From the human T2T-CHM13v2.0 reference genome, Homo sapiens: a DNA stretch of 64,000 nucleotides. Shown in pieces: positions 41,190 through 56,009 of the stretch. Numbering within the stretch: position 1 is the stretch's first letter; each line of letters begins with the position of its first letter. Below the pieces are notes generated by a model. It made no database searches. It was given only the letters and a program-made list of their open reading frames with translations, and was not told where the DNA came from. The translations under genes were made by a program, and so were the position numbers. The DNA lies in assembly GCF_009914755.1 (NCBI RefSeq), contig NC_060928.1; one strand, written 5' to 3'.

Positions 41190-41540
41190 TAAAATAACAG
41201 CGTGAAGCACCAAGAAAGGCCACCTAACCATTCCAGATGAAAGAAGACTGAAGAGGCATGACCTGACTCGCATGCAATGTGTGAACCTGGCTCGGATCCT
41301 GGACTTGGAGGAAAAAGCTATTAAAGGATATTATTGGGACAATTGGAAAAATTCAAATATGTATCATAGATAAGATCAATGTCAATATTAATAAGATAGT
41401 GTCCATGTTAAATTTTCTGATATTAATAATTGTACTGTGGTTACAGAAGAGAATGTCCTTGTTCTTAGAAAATATGTCCTGAAGTAATTTAAGGGTAAAG
41501 GGGCATGATGCTTGTAACTTCATCTCATATGATTCAGAAC

Positions 41541-41547
41541 ATCTATC

Positions 41548-41601
<54 letters not shown>

Positions 41602-41660
41602 ATCATCTATCTATCTACCTATCTATCATCTATCTATCAAATGAGAGAGAGAGAGAGAGA
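41541..41660. repeat. Compound STR: (ATCT)13 core, interrupted ATCT units, then (GA)n
   Basis: Read directly. Confidence 0.97.
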
Positions 41661-42451
41661 CAGAGGGGAGTGGGAGAGAGATATTGATTCATGAAGATGG
41701 AGCAAATGGTAGCAATAGTAAGCCTGTGTAAAGTGTACAGTAGACTTCATAATAGTTTTGCACCTTTTGGTAAGTTTGAAATTATATCAAAATGAAAACT
41801 TACTAAAATAAATAATAAATATGTACTTTACTTAATTATATTCTTTAACTTTCTTGGGGAATGATTTATGGCTTAATGTTGTAGGGAATAATAATCTTTA
41901 TATATATATTTTTTCTAATTCTATTCTTGGAGTCCAAATCTCATACCAGAACAGCATCAGCTTTTCCAAAACGTCCTGCTATAATTAATGAGGAATCTGG
42001 TGCAGGGTTAATTTTGAATGAAAAATATTTGGGTTGAATGATAGCACCAGATGACGGAAGCACTAATGTGATTCCATGCAGGCAGAACACATCCAGCTGT
42101 GGAGGCCTGGGGGAGAAAAATTTGAAAAGAAAAAGTTTTATAAAATTTGTGCAGCCTGGAAAATAAGGGATACTAATCACTGTTAAATAATTTTGGAGGC
42201 AAAACTAATTATTAGTAAAATCATTGAAATCAAAATGAGAATACAAGTATAAGAAATGTTAAAATTTATTTAATTCTTTTAGCTGCAGTCTTTTGTGCTA
42301 TTCTTTAGCCTTTCTGACTTTTACTTTCAGCAATGTAATTCTCATTGTATTTCACTTATGGCAAAGATCTAAGTCTGAACTTTTTGACCCATTAGGGTGT
42401 GATGACTAGGAATATATCTGTGTGTGTGAAAGAGAGGTTTAAAAGACATTA

Positions 42452-42763
<312 letters not shown>

Positions 42764-43554
42764 TCAGGAAATTATGTGTGTGTCTGTGTGTATGTGTGCA
42801 ATTGATTTTTTTTTTTAATTTAGGAAGTATGTTGAACTATATACAAGGCATTGCACTAGATCCTAATGGAGTCTAAGGATACAAATACTAATAATATAAG
42901 ATCTGTATTTTGTAGGAATGTAAAGTTTGAAGTTATGAGTGGAGGGAACAGGCAGTTAAATAGGTTATGAGAAGATTAAGATTCTGTGTAGGGCAGTAAT
43001 GCTGTAATGAGCATGCAATACAAGGGGCACTTGGAAATGAGTGGTTATTAGGGAAAACTTTAAGGAGAGTTTTAGGCATAAAGAATAGCAAAGAGAAGAC
43101 AAATAAGTGAGAGAGAAGAGGTCAAGCATCTTCTTAACTTCTACTTTCCTGACTCCTCCAAGGAGGTATAATCAAGGGATTTTGGATTACTGTATCTGTA
43201 ATTTGAGTTCTAAGCTGTTAGCAGTAAAATTTCTGACAGTCACTCTCATCATGTCCTTTCTGAGGTCTGGGCAGACTTATCCCAGAGTTTTTCTGGGTCT
43301 GCTATATGGTATAGGTATGACCTCTGAAGCCACTTAACTTAAGCTTTTCTACCTCATGACATCCATACCTGCTGCCCTGCTGGGGTTCCTGGGAGGTCCT
43401 CTGAGACCAGTTCAGCCACTGAATTGAGGAACCATCTCTTCTTTATTACAAATAACTTTTAATGAATCTGATCATCATCCTGGTGTTCTCCAAAGGAACC
43501 AAGCACTAAGATGCTGCAATATACTTTGCCCATGGAGGTCACCATTTAGAAGGT

Positions 43555-44680
43555 GCTCTGTCATTATCTCTTTAACATTGCCTCTTCAACTACTCTCCTT
43601 TTTGGAACTCTGGTTGAAAATATGGTAGACCTTTCTGCTTTATTCTTCAGGTCTCTTAAACTCTTTTTGATATTTTTCTCTTTTATTTCATTAGCTGAAT
43701 TCAGGATAGTTTCTTTGGATCTATCTTCTAGTTTACCAATTGTCTCTTCAACTGTATCTATTTTATTTAATCTGTTCACTGAGTTGTTTAATTTCTAAAA
43801 CGTCTATTTGATTTTTTTTAAAATATGCTTTTTTTTAAATACTCTCATGTTACTGGCTCAGTTTTCAAGTTTCTTTTTAATTTCTTTATGGTTAGAAACA
43901 TAATTATGTTATATTCTGGATCAAAAAATTCCAATATCTGAAGTTTTTGTGGTTCTTTTCTGCTTTCTGTTGTTTTGGTTGACTCTACTGTATGTTTTCA
44001 TGTGTCCTTGATGTTTTGTGACCTTTTTTAGTGGGGGATGATATTCTTTTTAACTATGAAAATTCATTAGCATCTAGATTGAAGTAATGTTCCTCTGAAG
44101 AGAGTTTGCATTTGCTTTTTTCAGTCATCTTATGCACACAAACTCTTCAGCTAGATTGTTTAAAATAAAATTCTCTGCTTTAAGGTTTCTGAATTACATA
44201 GGTAGGTGAATTTGAACTTCAATGGTGTCAGCTCTGAAGATCTCTTCTGCATTTCTCTGAGGTTGAAAGAGGCAAATTTTTGTGCTGTCTACTTCTGTGA
44301 AGTGGGCATATTTTTCATTTGTCCTAAGGCTGAGAGTATGTAGATCTTTGATGTCCCAGCAGCATGTAGAGTATCCTTCTATTTACTTTCCCACCTTGGG
44401 CACATATTTATCTCTTGTCCTTCACACCTGCTGCAGTTGTTATGGTGGAAACTCAATGTCTTCAGGGCTCAGCACAAGTCCTAGAGGGAAAGCCGGCATT
44501 GGCACATGCTTAACTTTTGAATTTCTGCTTTCACTTCACTTTTGATCTCTGTGGGTTTTATATATGTATTTTTTGCCAGCTCAGCAATGCAATTCTTTTC
44601 TTAATTCAAAATTTTAGTCATTTTTGTTGGCAGATTCTTCCAGAATATCTGGTCTATAATAGTGCCAGAAACAAAAGTTG
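43555..44680 (-). mobile_element. Old L1M 5' region with ORF1 relic
   Basis: ORF 43564-43779 (DTVEETIGKLEDRSKE..KSLRDL..RVP) resembles the L1 ORF1p coiled-coil/RRM boundary. Confidence 0.7.
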
Positions 44681-47309
44681 ACTCTAAGCTTTCCAGCAGT
44701 CAATGAGAAGAGAGATATCTACTCAATTGCATAGTCGCAAGGGCCAGGAGAAAAATGACTCTCAGTTGCTTTGGAGGGATGCAACAAGTTTTGGCACTGA
44801 GGTCAGACTGGGATATTTCTCAGCAGCCATTCCAGCATACACTGTAGTCTCTGCTATTGCCTGGATGGCACAATAGAGCCAAGCAGCTGCTTCACCAGGC
44901 TTCATAACCAACACCCTTTGAGACTGTCAAAGCAGGGTGGTATTTGAGAATGAAGAAGATCCTGGAAGACAAATTACTCTTTTCACTTTGTGTTTTATAC
45001 ATGTAAGATGGGTCACAAAGCTAGGTAGCTTTTCCAAGACGCTTCCAAATTCTCATGCCTTCAGCTTTCTTAGGCATGCCCAGACAGATTGGAATCTTTT
45101 ATAACCCAGGCACAGAAGGTAATTCTTCACTTAGGCAGCACAGAGTTGTCCTCTAAATGACATAGGTGGAATGAGTCTACTATAATGTAGTAAAACTGAG
45201 TCAGCATCTTTCACACCCTTTTTATGGCACAGTCCAACCACCGTAAAAACATGTCTCTAGATAAGTTGAAATCAAAGATCAAAATGTTTTGCAGTTAGAG
45301 GATACCTTCTGTAATGATTAACCATTATACATTTAGTATCATGTTCTAGTTATATTTTAGTTTGATTTGCTAGTAAACGAGCTTGTAGAGTGAAAGAATA
45401 CTTACTTGGTTACATGGAACTACTAAAATTAAAGAGATTAACACTTATTAAATACATCAAAAAGTCTTAAGAGTTTTCAATGAAACTTGTCTAGAAGACA
45501 TGTTTTCTATAACAGTGAACGGATTATACGGCACATGGAATCCTAGATTTTTCTTTCAACCTAAATCAAAATGTGTGGAAATATTAATAAAAAACCTATT
45601 TGTAAGGCTGTGCTACGTGAATCATATTCCGAGAACAGCACTAAAAACATGGTTATTTAAAGTTTTAAACCTGGGAGAGTTGAGAGGAAGAAAAACTTTT
45701 ATATTATGAAATAAGAAAAGTTTAGTGAATTGGTAAGACCAATTACCAAGAAAGGATTTCTGGGAGGCTGGGGGAATAAACTTTAGTCAAAAGAGAAATG
45801 ACTGCCTTGCAATTTCAGCTGGATTTTAGTAAAGAAACAAAGGGTTGAAAGCAATTGTGTGAGTTCTCTTATCCTGTATAGTGAAAAGAGAACTAACATT
45901 CTTAGAAGGCATTTTCTGTCATTTCTCAGAAATAATAAAAAGTACTATGAGGACTTCCTGAAGTGAATTGGAAAGACAGAAATCGACCATCCCTTATTGG
46001 TTGGGACCCATGCTGAAGAAATGCCTTTCAAAACAAATTGGTGATTCTGGCCACATTGTGAGTTTAGCAAAAACTCTTGCCTAATTCTGAAACTTTTGGG
46101 TTCAGTGAACTAACTAAATTAATACTCTCTGTGTTAATTTTTAACCCACCTATTGTTTTCTCTTTCATATAGCATATGTGATAATAGCAACTGTAAAGGC
46201 ATAGTTGCATCTTTGTTTTTAATGGTTTCTATAGTTGTTTTCTGGTTTCTAACCAGGTTCCCCCTTCCTAGACAAGTTTTCCCCAATGACATAAAGGCTA
46301 TAGATTCCAATGTGTGCTTTGTAAGCAGGAAATGACTGTTTTTAGGTTCAGAATTTTTTTCCCCTCACAAATAAGAAACCCTGTTTGTCAGCTACAAGAA
46401 CTCTGTTCCCAAGCACTAGAATCTAGTGTGAATATTCAAACAAGTGAACACATCTAAATCTGTAATTTTGTTAGCATTTTGAGAAAGAGCTTGAAGCTCT
46501 TTTCATTTCCTTTCTCATTTCAGTCAGTTGGAATTGAATTAGTCCCAATAATATTCTCACACTGGTTCCTCACTGGCCTTTTTTACGTGAATGTGGAAAA
46601 CACATAAAGAAATGTTGGTCTATCCAAAGAAACTTTAGACAATGAAAGGAGAATAATTACTCACTTTTAAGGGTAGGAATGACACTGAGTTTGGAACCTA
46701 AGTGTTTACATTTTTTAAAGGGGCAATGGAGGTGACTATTGATACTAAAAAGCCCTGGTCTGTTAGTTTCACTATTAAATGACAAGACAATTTTTAAATT
46801 GATGAAGTAAAGTAATGTGAAATCCCTCAGTTTGAATTTTCATGCAAGTTATAAAATTTCATTGGGTGGTAGTTTATTTTCCACATTATAAAATTTAATT
46901 TAAATCACTTTTCCCACAAAGCTTTGGGTGTAAAGCATCAAGATTTGCCTAATTTATTTTCCATTTCAACATTATATTCTCCAAATTCATGACTTCACAT
47001 TACACGCATGATTTTAGATTTCTCAGAAAATGTTGAAAGGAACCCATCACATAGACAACACAATATTCAAATGACCACTCATGCATTGGTTCAGGTGTAA
47101 ATGATCTTTCAGTGCTGACTGATTGGTTTAAAGGTTTTAATAAATGAAAACTTACAAAGAATCCATAAGTTCCATCCCTTTTTTTGGGTTGATCCTCCCC
47201 ACATTGTGGAAATCTTTTCTTTAGGGCATGTAGTTTCATCAGGAGTAGACAGTCTGCAGTGATTGGGGGAAGCTATGGTTTTTGTTTGTTCAGCATCATT
47301 TCCCATCCT

Positions 47310-47822
47310 GTTCCTTCTACTCCTGCCCCATTCCTAGTGGTCCAGATGGTGATGTCAGTCACAATGACCTGTCCTCACTTCATCGGTGAGTATGTGGCCA
47401 AGCGTAGCTGCTGGAATGCCAAGTGTTGATTCAGGAATGTGCATATGACCCCAGAAAGATAAATTGTTGTCTTCCCTGAGAGATTGTCATAGGGCTTCTA
47501 ATGGGTGGGGGAAGTCTAATTCCACGGTGGCTGCTAGGCCGGACAAATGTGCACCTGGAGCTGATTGAGGTCATTCTATCTGACACAAACACACAGAAAG
47601 AGCTTGCCTATAGTTTAGCAAGCAGAAATAAGCATAGCTGAAAGGTGGAGAAGAAAAGAAGCAGAGCTCTGTGTATATTGTTTACCTCTGGGTCCGTCCA
47701 TGTTTAAAGATATATTCAGCTCTGGACTTCCCAATTGCATAGTCACTATAGTCCCCCTTTCCTTAAGCCAGTTTGAGTTGAGTTTTTAACATGTCCAAGC
47801 AATAAGGATCTCAACTAATGCA
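47310..47822 (+). mobile_element. Old MLT1 (J/K/L-type) LTR
   Basis: CTTAAGCCAGTTTGAGTTGAGTTT..AACTAATGCA terminus. Confidence 0.6.
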
Positions 47823-48531
47823 GACTCTATTGCAGAACTTCTTGCGAGTCCTGACCATAATTCTGCTAAGTTCTTTCTCTTGCTCTTTCACTTTTTCTTG
47901 TTTTTTCTTTAGTATTACCAACGATCGATAGACATTCTGAAGTTTTTATGCTAATATGAACAAATTCCCCAGAAGAGAAAGAGTGATTTCATACTGCAAT
48001 TCAAACATAAATTCCCTGCTGAGAACTACTGAGGTGCTCGTAGTTACCCACGGCCTTGTGTAATAACTTTGGGCATAATGCTTTCATTTACAGTTACTGT
48101 TGTGTAGAATTGAGAGCACCCTGGGAGTTAACCTGTAGGACAATGTAAAGAGGAGCATATATTCTTTCAAGGGATTTGTAGCTGTCATTTCATTTTTTGA
48201 GAGTTATCAGTGGAGGTATTGTTGCAAACAGCTGTACTGTGAAGGCATTTAAGCCAGTTATTACTGCCTGTGGTGTCTGCACTCACAATGCTGCAAATAC
48301 TGAAATTATGATTTACAGAGGTGAAAAATGTAAGTTTTGTAAGATCTAGCTGTATAACTGGCTTTGTCTCTTCATGTGATTGGACAGATTCTTTTGTAAT
48401 GATGAGTCTCAATCTGCTTGTAATTCTAATGAATTCAAAAGCTTTGGCTAGAATATATCATAACAGATACTAATACATTAATTTAGACAGCAATATGGTA
48501 ACACAAATGTTATTTTTAATGTTTTTAATTA

Positions 48532-48860
48532 CAGGTGCTCCTTGACTTATGATAAGGTTATATTTTGATAAACCCATTGTAAAATGAAAATATCATAAAT
48601 TGAGAATGCATTTAATACATTTAACCTATGGAACATTATCGCTTAGCTTACTTAAATGTGCACAGAACACTTACGTTAGCCTATAGTTGGGCAAACTCAT
48701 CTAACACGAAGCCTGTTTTATAACAAAGTGTTGAATATCTCATGTAGTTTATTGGACACTGTACTGAAAACAGAATGGTTGTATAGTTACTTGAGGTATG
48801 CTTTCTCACCATTCGAAAAGTTGAAAAGTTTTAAGTTGAAACTTTGTTGAGGACTATCTG
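48532..48860 (+). mobile_element. Tigger4b-like MITE
   Basis: TA|CAGGTGCTCCTTGACTTATGAT..GGACTATCTG|TA; internal GCATTTAATACA..CAGAACACTTAC. Confidence 0.85.
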
Positions 48861-49535
48861 TATGTCCCGATAACATTATGTTAAACCTGTATTACGCAGA
48901 ATACAATTTGAAGACCCAGAATATAGTGAAATAATTTCTAAATGTGAAATATCTTAGATGTCAATAAATTTGGTTGAATGGAGCTGAAATGATACATGTC
49001 AGAATTGGAAAAATAATCTTAAGTTTTCTGGAAGAACTCTTTGATATATTGTCCAATAACTCTTTTCCTAACAATACAATGACCATCTTTAATATGTTAA
49101 GGTCTATTTTCACATCCAATTCAGGACTAATCTCTGCTAAAGTTCCTTCTTTTCTCACCTTACCCAAATCAAGTAACCCTTTACCTAGATGAAACTCTCC
49201 ATTTGGCCAAGATTGATATAGGAATCAGTAATTAGGTTGTCCTTAGTGCTTCATGACTTATGATAGTAGATCATGCACCATTGCAACATCTTTTGATTCT
49301 TGTGCCAATTAAAAGCAATTCTCAGAATATTTGCCAAAGAGTAGCCAAAAGAATATTTCTGCATTAGTTTACAAGTTAACAGAAGATATGGTCTCTATCC
49401 AATTTGTGTGCACAGCATTTTCCAGATATGATTGTGTCATTTAATCAGTCTATTTAACTTAAAAGAATTTTAAAGATTATAGATCTTCTAGGATGATTTT
49501 ATAGGTTATCTAAGAAAATACTCTGATTTCACAGG

Positions 49536-50065
49536 TGTGTCAGTTAGGATGCTTTGGGTTGCATGTGACAGAAAATGGATTCCAAGTTCCTTAAGTAAAA
49601 ATGGAAATGTGGAGGTTCACGACACTGAATGTTGCAGGTTATGAGTTAGACTTTATCCAGGGTTCAGTCTCTGTGACTGGGCCTAGGTTTATCTCTCTAG
49701 TTCTTGCTCCTACTTCCTCCATGAGGGCTAAATTCTCAAAGTTCCCAGAATGGGGACAAGCAGCTCCTACCCACATGCTTCCCAGCACTTCTACTGGGAA
49801 AAGAGTCTGCCTCCTGACACCTCAAGCAAAACCCCAGAAGTGAGTTCTCCTGGCCCTGGTTGGACTGACTTGGGTCATGTGCCACTCTTTCTTTTGAATT
49901 AATCTCTGTGATTGATGTGATCAGATTTACCGACTGGCTTAAGGCAGCCACTTCCAAACCTGGAGCTGAGGGCAGGATCAATCCCATGCCAACTGCATTG
50001 CAAAAGACATTCAGGTTGCAGTTTATGGTAATGGATGCTGGGGAGGCAACAGCAAATGCTAAGAC
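49536..50065 (-). mobile_element. Old MLT1 LTR
   Basis: TGTGTCAGTTAGGATGCTTTGGGTTGCATGTGACAGAAAA..GACTTGGGTCATGTGCC. Confidence 0.7.
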
Positions 50066-50254
50066 AATGAAATCTGAGAATCGGAGGGCCTTGGCCCTAT
50101 CACACAGAAATTAGCAAAGCCTCATCTAGAACCTAATTCAACGTTATTTTCATCTGTCAACAAAGGGCCATGAACTACTATTAATACACAAATTCATGCT
50201 GTCAGCACTGTGTGATTGTAGAGGAGTGGAGACGATGGGGCTATCCAGGGCAAT

Positions 50255-50440
50255 CTTGATCAATGTATGGTCTGGTGCTGACTGTAAAAGACATCTGAGA
50301 TGTCTGATAAAAATGCAGATTCCTGGGCCCCATCCTGGATTTGCTGAAGTAGAATCCATGGGGGTGGGGCCCAGGAATTTGCATTTTAAGCTTGTTTTCT
50401 AGACAGATGTCTTCCTGCAGATTAAAATTTGAGAACCATG
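50255..50440 (+). mobile_element. MER5-type hAT MITE
   Basis: AAAATGCAGATTCCTGGGCCCC..GGGGCCCAGGAATTTGCATTTTAA..TTTGAGAACCA. Confidence 0.8.
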
Positions 50441-51474
50441 GTTATGTGACCCATAAATTGTTGTGGTGAACAAACATTTTAAAACCTCTTACCATGGCTG
50501 CATCTGGGAGTGTATTTGGAAATATTTTCTATAAAATTTCTTTATATTGACTTTCCAGTTAAGACTGTAACTACTTCTAACCTATAATCTGGTCATCGCC
50601 TCTGTTAAGGGGATTATGCAGTCTTGCTGAATTCATTGGGTGAGCAGAAAAATCTGCAGAAGAGACTGATGGGCAAAGTTGAAAACTACCTTTGTTCTGC
50701 ACTCTGAAGGAATATCACCAAGTGTACAAATGGTGAAGTTAGTACAAGTGGGGAAAACATAAATATATTTACTATGACAAATGGCATCAAATAAAGCATG
50801 CTATTACCCATTTATATATATTATTTACCTTTCAGAACTCTTAAATTGTTTTTCAAAGATGACTGATACATTAAGAGTTTGCTCAATCTGCAGTACTTGG
50901 ACAGTAAAAGCAGGATGTTGACAGCAGCTATTGAAAATCATTTCCATGCTGACTGTGGCTTATAATAAGAAATACAACATTCACTGTGCTGCTTTGTCTG
51001 ATCCTTGTTTTTGTCTGACAGCACAAATCTTGAGACAAATTTTCCACCTGCCTCCTAGAAACAACCTAAAGGGTACTTGTCTCCCATGTAGCTCTCTGTG
51101 AAAGTCCAAGATGGCTTTTGTTGTCTTATTAGCAGAATTTCTTGGAGACTGATGGGGTTGGGGGGTGATTGTCAATTTTGCTTCTAAATAGCAAACTGTT
51201 TGTGGAAGAACAGTGAAATTAAGAGTACTACCAGAGTAAATCTGATGTTTTTCCATTGCATTTCTTGCGATGCTATAGGATTTATGAGATGTATTATTGA
51301 ACCATTGTCTACTTAGGGAATTGAATTAATTTTTTATGTGCTGCCCGAGGAGAAAATAGTGTAAACAGAGTGGTGAGATAAAATTTTACATACAACAGTG
51401 ATTTGAAATAAATATCAGTAGAACATAATCCAAAATAATAATAGATAATTACTGAGTTTTCACAAACCCTAAGT

Positions 51475-51715
51475 ATTCAGTATTGCTGAGTGTGTTAAAA
51501 TATGTTCTAAGCAATTTACAGGTAGTAATTTATGTAATCCCTAGAACTATCTGAGGAGGTAGATTTTGCTATTAAAATCAATTTACATATGAGGAAGCTG
51601 AGGCACACAGCAGTTAATACATTTACCTAAGTTCCCACACCTAGTAGGTAAAGGAATTGGAATTTGAAACCAGGCAGACTATATCCAGATCCATACTCTT
51701 AACCACCAAACTATA
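51475..51715 (-). mobile_element. MIR
   Basis: TTTACATATGAGGAAGCTGAGGCACA..ATTTGAAACCAGGCAG. Confidence 0.75.
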
Positions 51716-52378
51716 GATTTGGTTATGCATGATTGTAATGTATCATAATAAATCAGGAATTATATAAAAATTTCCCAATATCCTTTTTCAATGAGTTCTG
51801 TAGAGCAAAGGAGATAGTGTAAATACACTACTAAATAGTATATGGCAGTATAAAGATTTTATGACTATGACTTGAAGCCATGCTCAATTGCTGATAAATA
51901 CGGGATTTGGTTCAGCAGGCTTCTGGCATGCCGTAACAAGGACTAGGTAGATCTGAGCCATATCGGCCACCATTCTCTATAGTGACAATGTTCATCTGCC
52001 AGTAGCTCAAGAGGCCCTTTAAGTTGGTTTCACAAACACTAAATACTTGGGACGCTTGGGCATCTAGACTGGTGCCCTTTAAGTTTCACCACTGTTTAAA
52101 TAAAATCAAGAAAATACATTTTTTATCAAGAGCCCAAGTCTCACTCTAAGGGACCCGGTCCCTCAGAAGCATCCCCTTAGGGTTGTAAAGAGCACATTGT
52201 TGGAAGATGAATGCTTCTGATTAAAGGAATCTCAAATCTAAAAAAATAAAAAACAAAAAAACTAGTGCACATGGATGTGTTTAAATCATGCAGAGTTTTC
52301 GTCTGATTATCTGAGACCAATGTAGCCAATCTGCATTGCAAGTTGATGGATGAGGCTTAGGAATTCATATATGGTGAT

Positions 52379-52777
52379 TGGTATGGTTTGGCTGTGTCCC
52401 CACCCAAATCTCTTGTCATATTGTAATCCTCAGTGTTGAATGTGGGGCCTGGTGGGAGATGATTGGATCATAAGGGTGGTTTCTAATGGTTTAGCACCAT
52501 CCACTAGTGCTGTCTTGTGACAGAGTTCTCACGAGATCTGGTTCTCTGAAAGTGTGTAGCACCTCCCCCTTCACACACACTCTGTCTCTCCTGCAGGCCT
52601 TGTGAAGAATTGCCTGCTTCACCTTTGCATTCCACCATGATTGTTAAGTTTCCTGGGTCCTCCCTGGAAGCAGAAGCCTGTAGAGCCTGCAGAACCATGA
52701 GCTGATTAACCTCTTTTCTTCATAAATTACCCAGTCTCAGGTAGTTCCTTACAGCAGTTTGAGAACAGACTAATATA
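52379..52777 (+). mobile_element. MSTA-type MaLR solo LTR
   Basis: TGGTATGGTTTGGCTGTGTCCCCACCCAAATCTC..AAATTACCCAGTCTCAGGTAG..AGACTAATATA. Confidence 0.88.
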
Positions 52778-53244
52778 GTAATGAAATTATACGTGATCAC
52801 CCTAGAACTACATAAGCCTCTGGCTGGCTTTCCTAGTGCTTTTTCTAACCAAAGGGCAGATGCTTTGTGATGACAGCAATGCAGTGTGGTTATGAGTGCT
52901 TGAAGCTGACGTTGCCTCTCAAGTACATTTTTAATAACAGTGATGAAAATGACAAGCTCAAAATTCATCCTTCATGGCAAATAATTATCTGCACTTTTTG
53001 TACATTCCCTTTCAGTCTTTGTTCTTTTACAGATGGAATTTTGTATGTTTGTAATCTTGCTGTATATATGATTTTGGATCCTGTTTTTTACTTAACATTT
53101 CCCATGCTGCTGTAATTTTTATAATTGTTGTTATCTTAATGGCTACCCAATAAACCATTGAGTTGATTATCACATTTTATGAAAATATTTATAATTGCTA
53201 AGCTTTTAGATTTTTCTACTTATTTGCCATAATAAACAACAGTA

Positions 53245-53785
<541 letters not shown>

Positions 53786-55569
53786 TTATTAACTTAGGAC
53801 CCAAATTGATTTTGGATAATTTTGTTAAGATAAATTCTGATAATAGGGGTTCCTTGGCCCAAGTATGGTCTCAAAGCATATTTCCCAATGTTTTCTAATG
53901 CTGTCGTCTTGATTTATGATGCTACCAGCAACATATAGCTGTGCAACTTTCATCCAACTGTACCGTAAGTGGGTTTCATCACTTTAAGTTTTTCTTACTT
54001 TAATGACTATTGATAGTATATCATTGGTGTTTTTGTTTTCTTCAGTACAAAAAAGATATTTCTCTGTAGATTGATTAGTTGTTTTCTCTTGTATAAAATG
54101 TCTGTTCATGTTTCTTATATGCTAATCTACCAGAGTCTTATTGCTTCACTGGTTAATTTGTCTGAGCTTATGGATGATTTTCTGACTTACATTGAAAGAA
54201 CCAGCAATAAGATATGTGGTCGATGGCTTACTGCACACAGATATGCATAAATCATGCAAGCATTATGTGATTGATTAAAGCAGATAGAGAAGTCAGGCTT
54301 ATAATAATTATGAATGCCACCTTTTAAAGCTAGAATATCTGTGTTACTGATGTAAATAATACCAGTAGCTCTTTTATTACTCTCTAAATCTGTAAGCTGA
54401 ACTCCTGCAAGGAAAATATGTCTTCTTTATGTAATGAAAATATTTGCTTATGTAGTATTAAATTTCTCATTTGTGTGTGACTCATTAAAGTAGACAACTA
54501 ACTCAGCTCTAGTCCTAAATAAAAGAAACTTGTTACAATAATCCTTTTTTTTGTCAAGATGCAAAATGTTGATAAGCTTGAGTCTCTCCCACTCTGGCTG
54601 CAAAAATTAAAAAGGGCTACAACAAAATTATAGACTGGAAATTTGTGACCAAATACAGCACAGGATTCTTAGACTGCAAGGAAGACAGCTTCAGAGAAAG
54701 GAACAAGGAGAGTTTACTTACACTTGTTTATACCCCTAAGGAGGGCTTTTTTGTACATATTTGTTGGTAATATTTTGAAGATGTGAAGTCAATGCACTTT
54801 AATCCGCTTTGGTATCATGGTCCCTTCCAGCCTTCCACCTCTGAGGCTGAGCCATGAGGCCTCTTGCCCCAGGGGACAGTAGGACAGTTCTGCCTCCAGC
54901 AAAGGTGTGATGGATCAGCTTTACTCACAAAGCTGAATTTCTGGAGCACGCAGCAAGATCATGATTTTGAAAGCCAGGCTTTGGGAGAAGGAAATGTGTT
55001 TTCTAAGTTTCTTTAGCTTCCATGAATATAAAGTGTTGGCTAATTACTATATACAAATGTAGTTGGAACTCAGAGTTTAGAGATATGGAGAAATTAGAAG
55101 TATTTCCCTTTTCCTCTGAGATATGGAACAGCAAAATGAAAGGAAGACAAAGGGCAATGATATTGGGCATTACAGGGTAGGGTGCAACTTGGCCATCTGC
55201 AGCATGTTGTAGAGGAAATAGTGCCACAGTGATTGAAGGATGGCGTGGCGCAGGCCGAGCTCTTTGCTCCCATGCCTGCAGGGGTGTGCAGGGCTTCCAG
55301 CTGTTCTTTGATGCTTTGGAGAGAGACAAAGAGAGCCTAAGCAGAAGACAAATGGGGACTTTAGTGTCCAAAGCCCATGGTTAGGACCACAAAACCCAGT
55401 CTTGTATGCCAGCTTGACGCCAGATGATCAGATAGCACTCATTGCCCCTCTGTGTTCATCAGTCCAGAGAGCTGATCAAACCGTCAGATAGACAGAGGAC
55501 TAGGAGGATCCCAGAGACTCGCTGCGCTCAGTCCTCTGCACACCCAGACCACCTCTTGGTGTTAGCCAA

Positions 55570-55775
55570 GTGCTGCGGCTCAGAGCACAGGCTCAGAAAT
55601 CAGACTGCCCACGTTTGAAAGCTGGTTTCAACATGCTTCAGCTGCCTCATCTTGGTCAATTTACTCATTTTCCTCATTTCTCAAGTCAATGTAGGGTTGT
55701 CATGACAGTTTAAGATAATTTTTATAAAATGCTTAAAAGGTGCCTCACACACATTAACCCCCTAATATTCTCATT
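55570..55775 (+). mobile_element. MIR
   Basis: GAGCACAGGCTC..TCAGACTGCC..AGGGTTGTCATGA..AAAATGCTTA. Confidence 0.6.
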
Positions 55776-56009
55776 AATGTTGGTTGTCACTGGGGGCATT
55801 GACTTGAAAGAGACTGACTCACCAAAAGAGATTGCTAAAGCTAAAAGAGAGTGATGACATCTGTCACAATGAAGTTGATTTCACCCTGCTCAGTGGAAGA
55901 TTAGGTTATAGGAAAATAAAGTGATCACATTTTCTTTATTCACCTGAGTACAGTGCTTGTGATGTGTGACTTCTGAACAGAAACAGGGCCAGGGACCCTC
56001 CCTACATCT

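Larger units (their letters stand above)
40690..41820 (+). mobile_element. Old L1MC/ME 3' end hosting a young L1 and an STR
   Basis: TGAGGGACATTCTACAAAATACCTGGCC resumes after the insertion with ATGCAATGTGTGAACCTGG..GTAAGTTTGAAATTAT. Confidence 0.75.
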
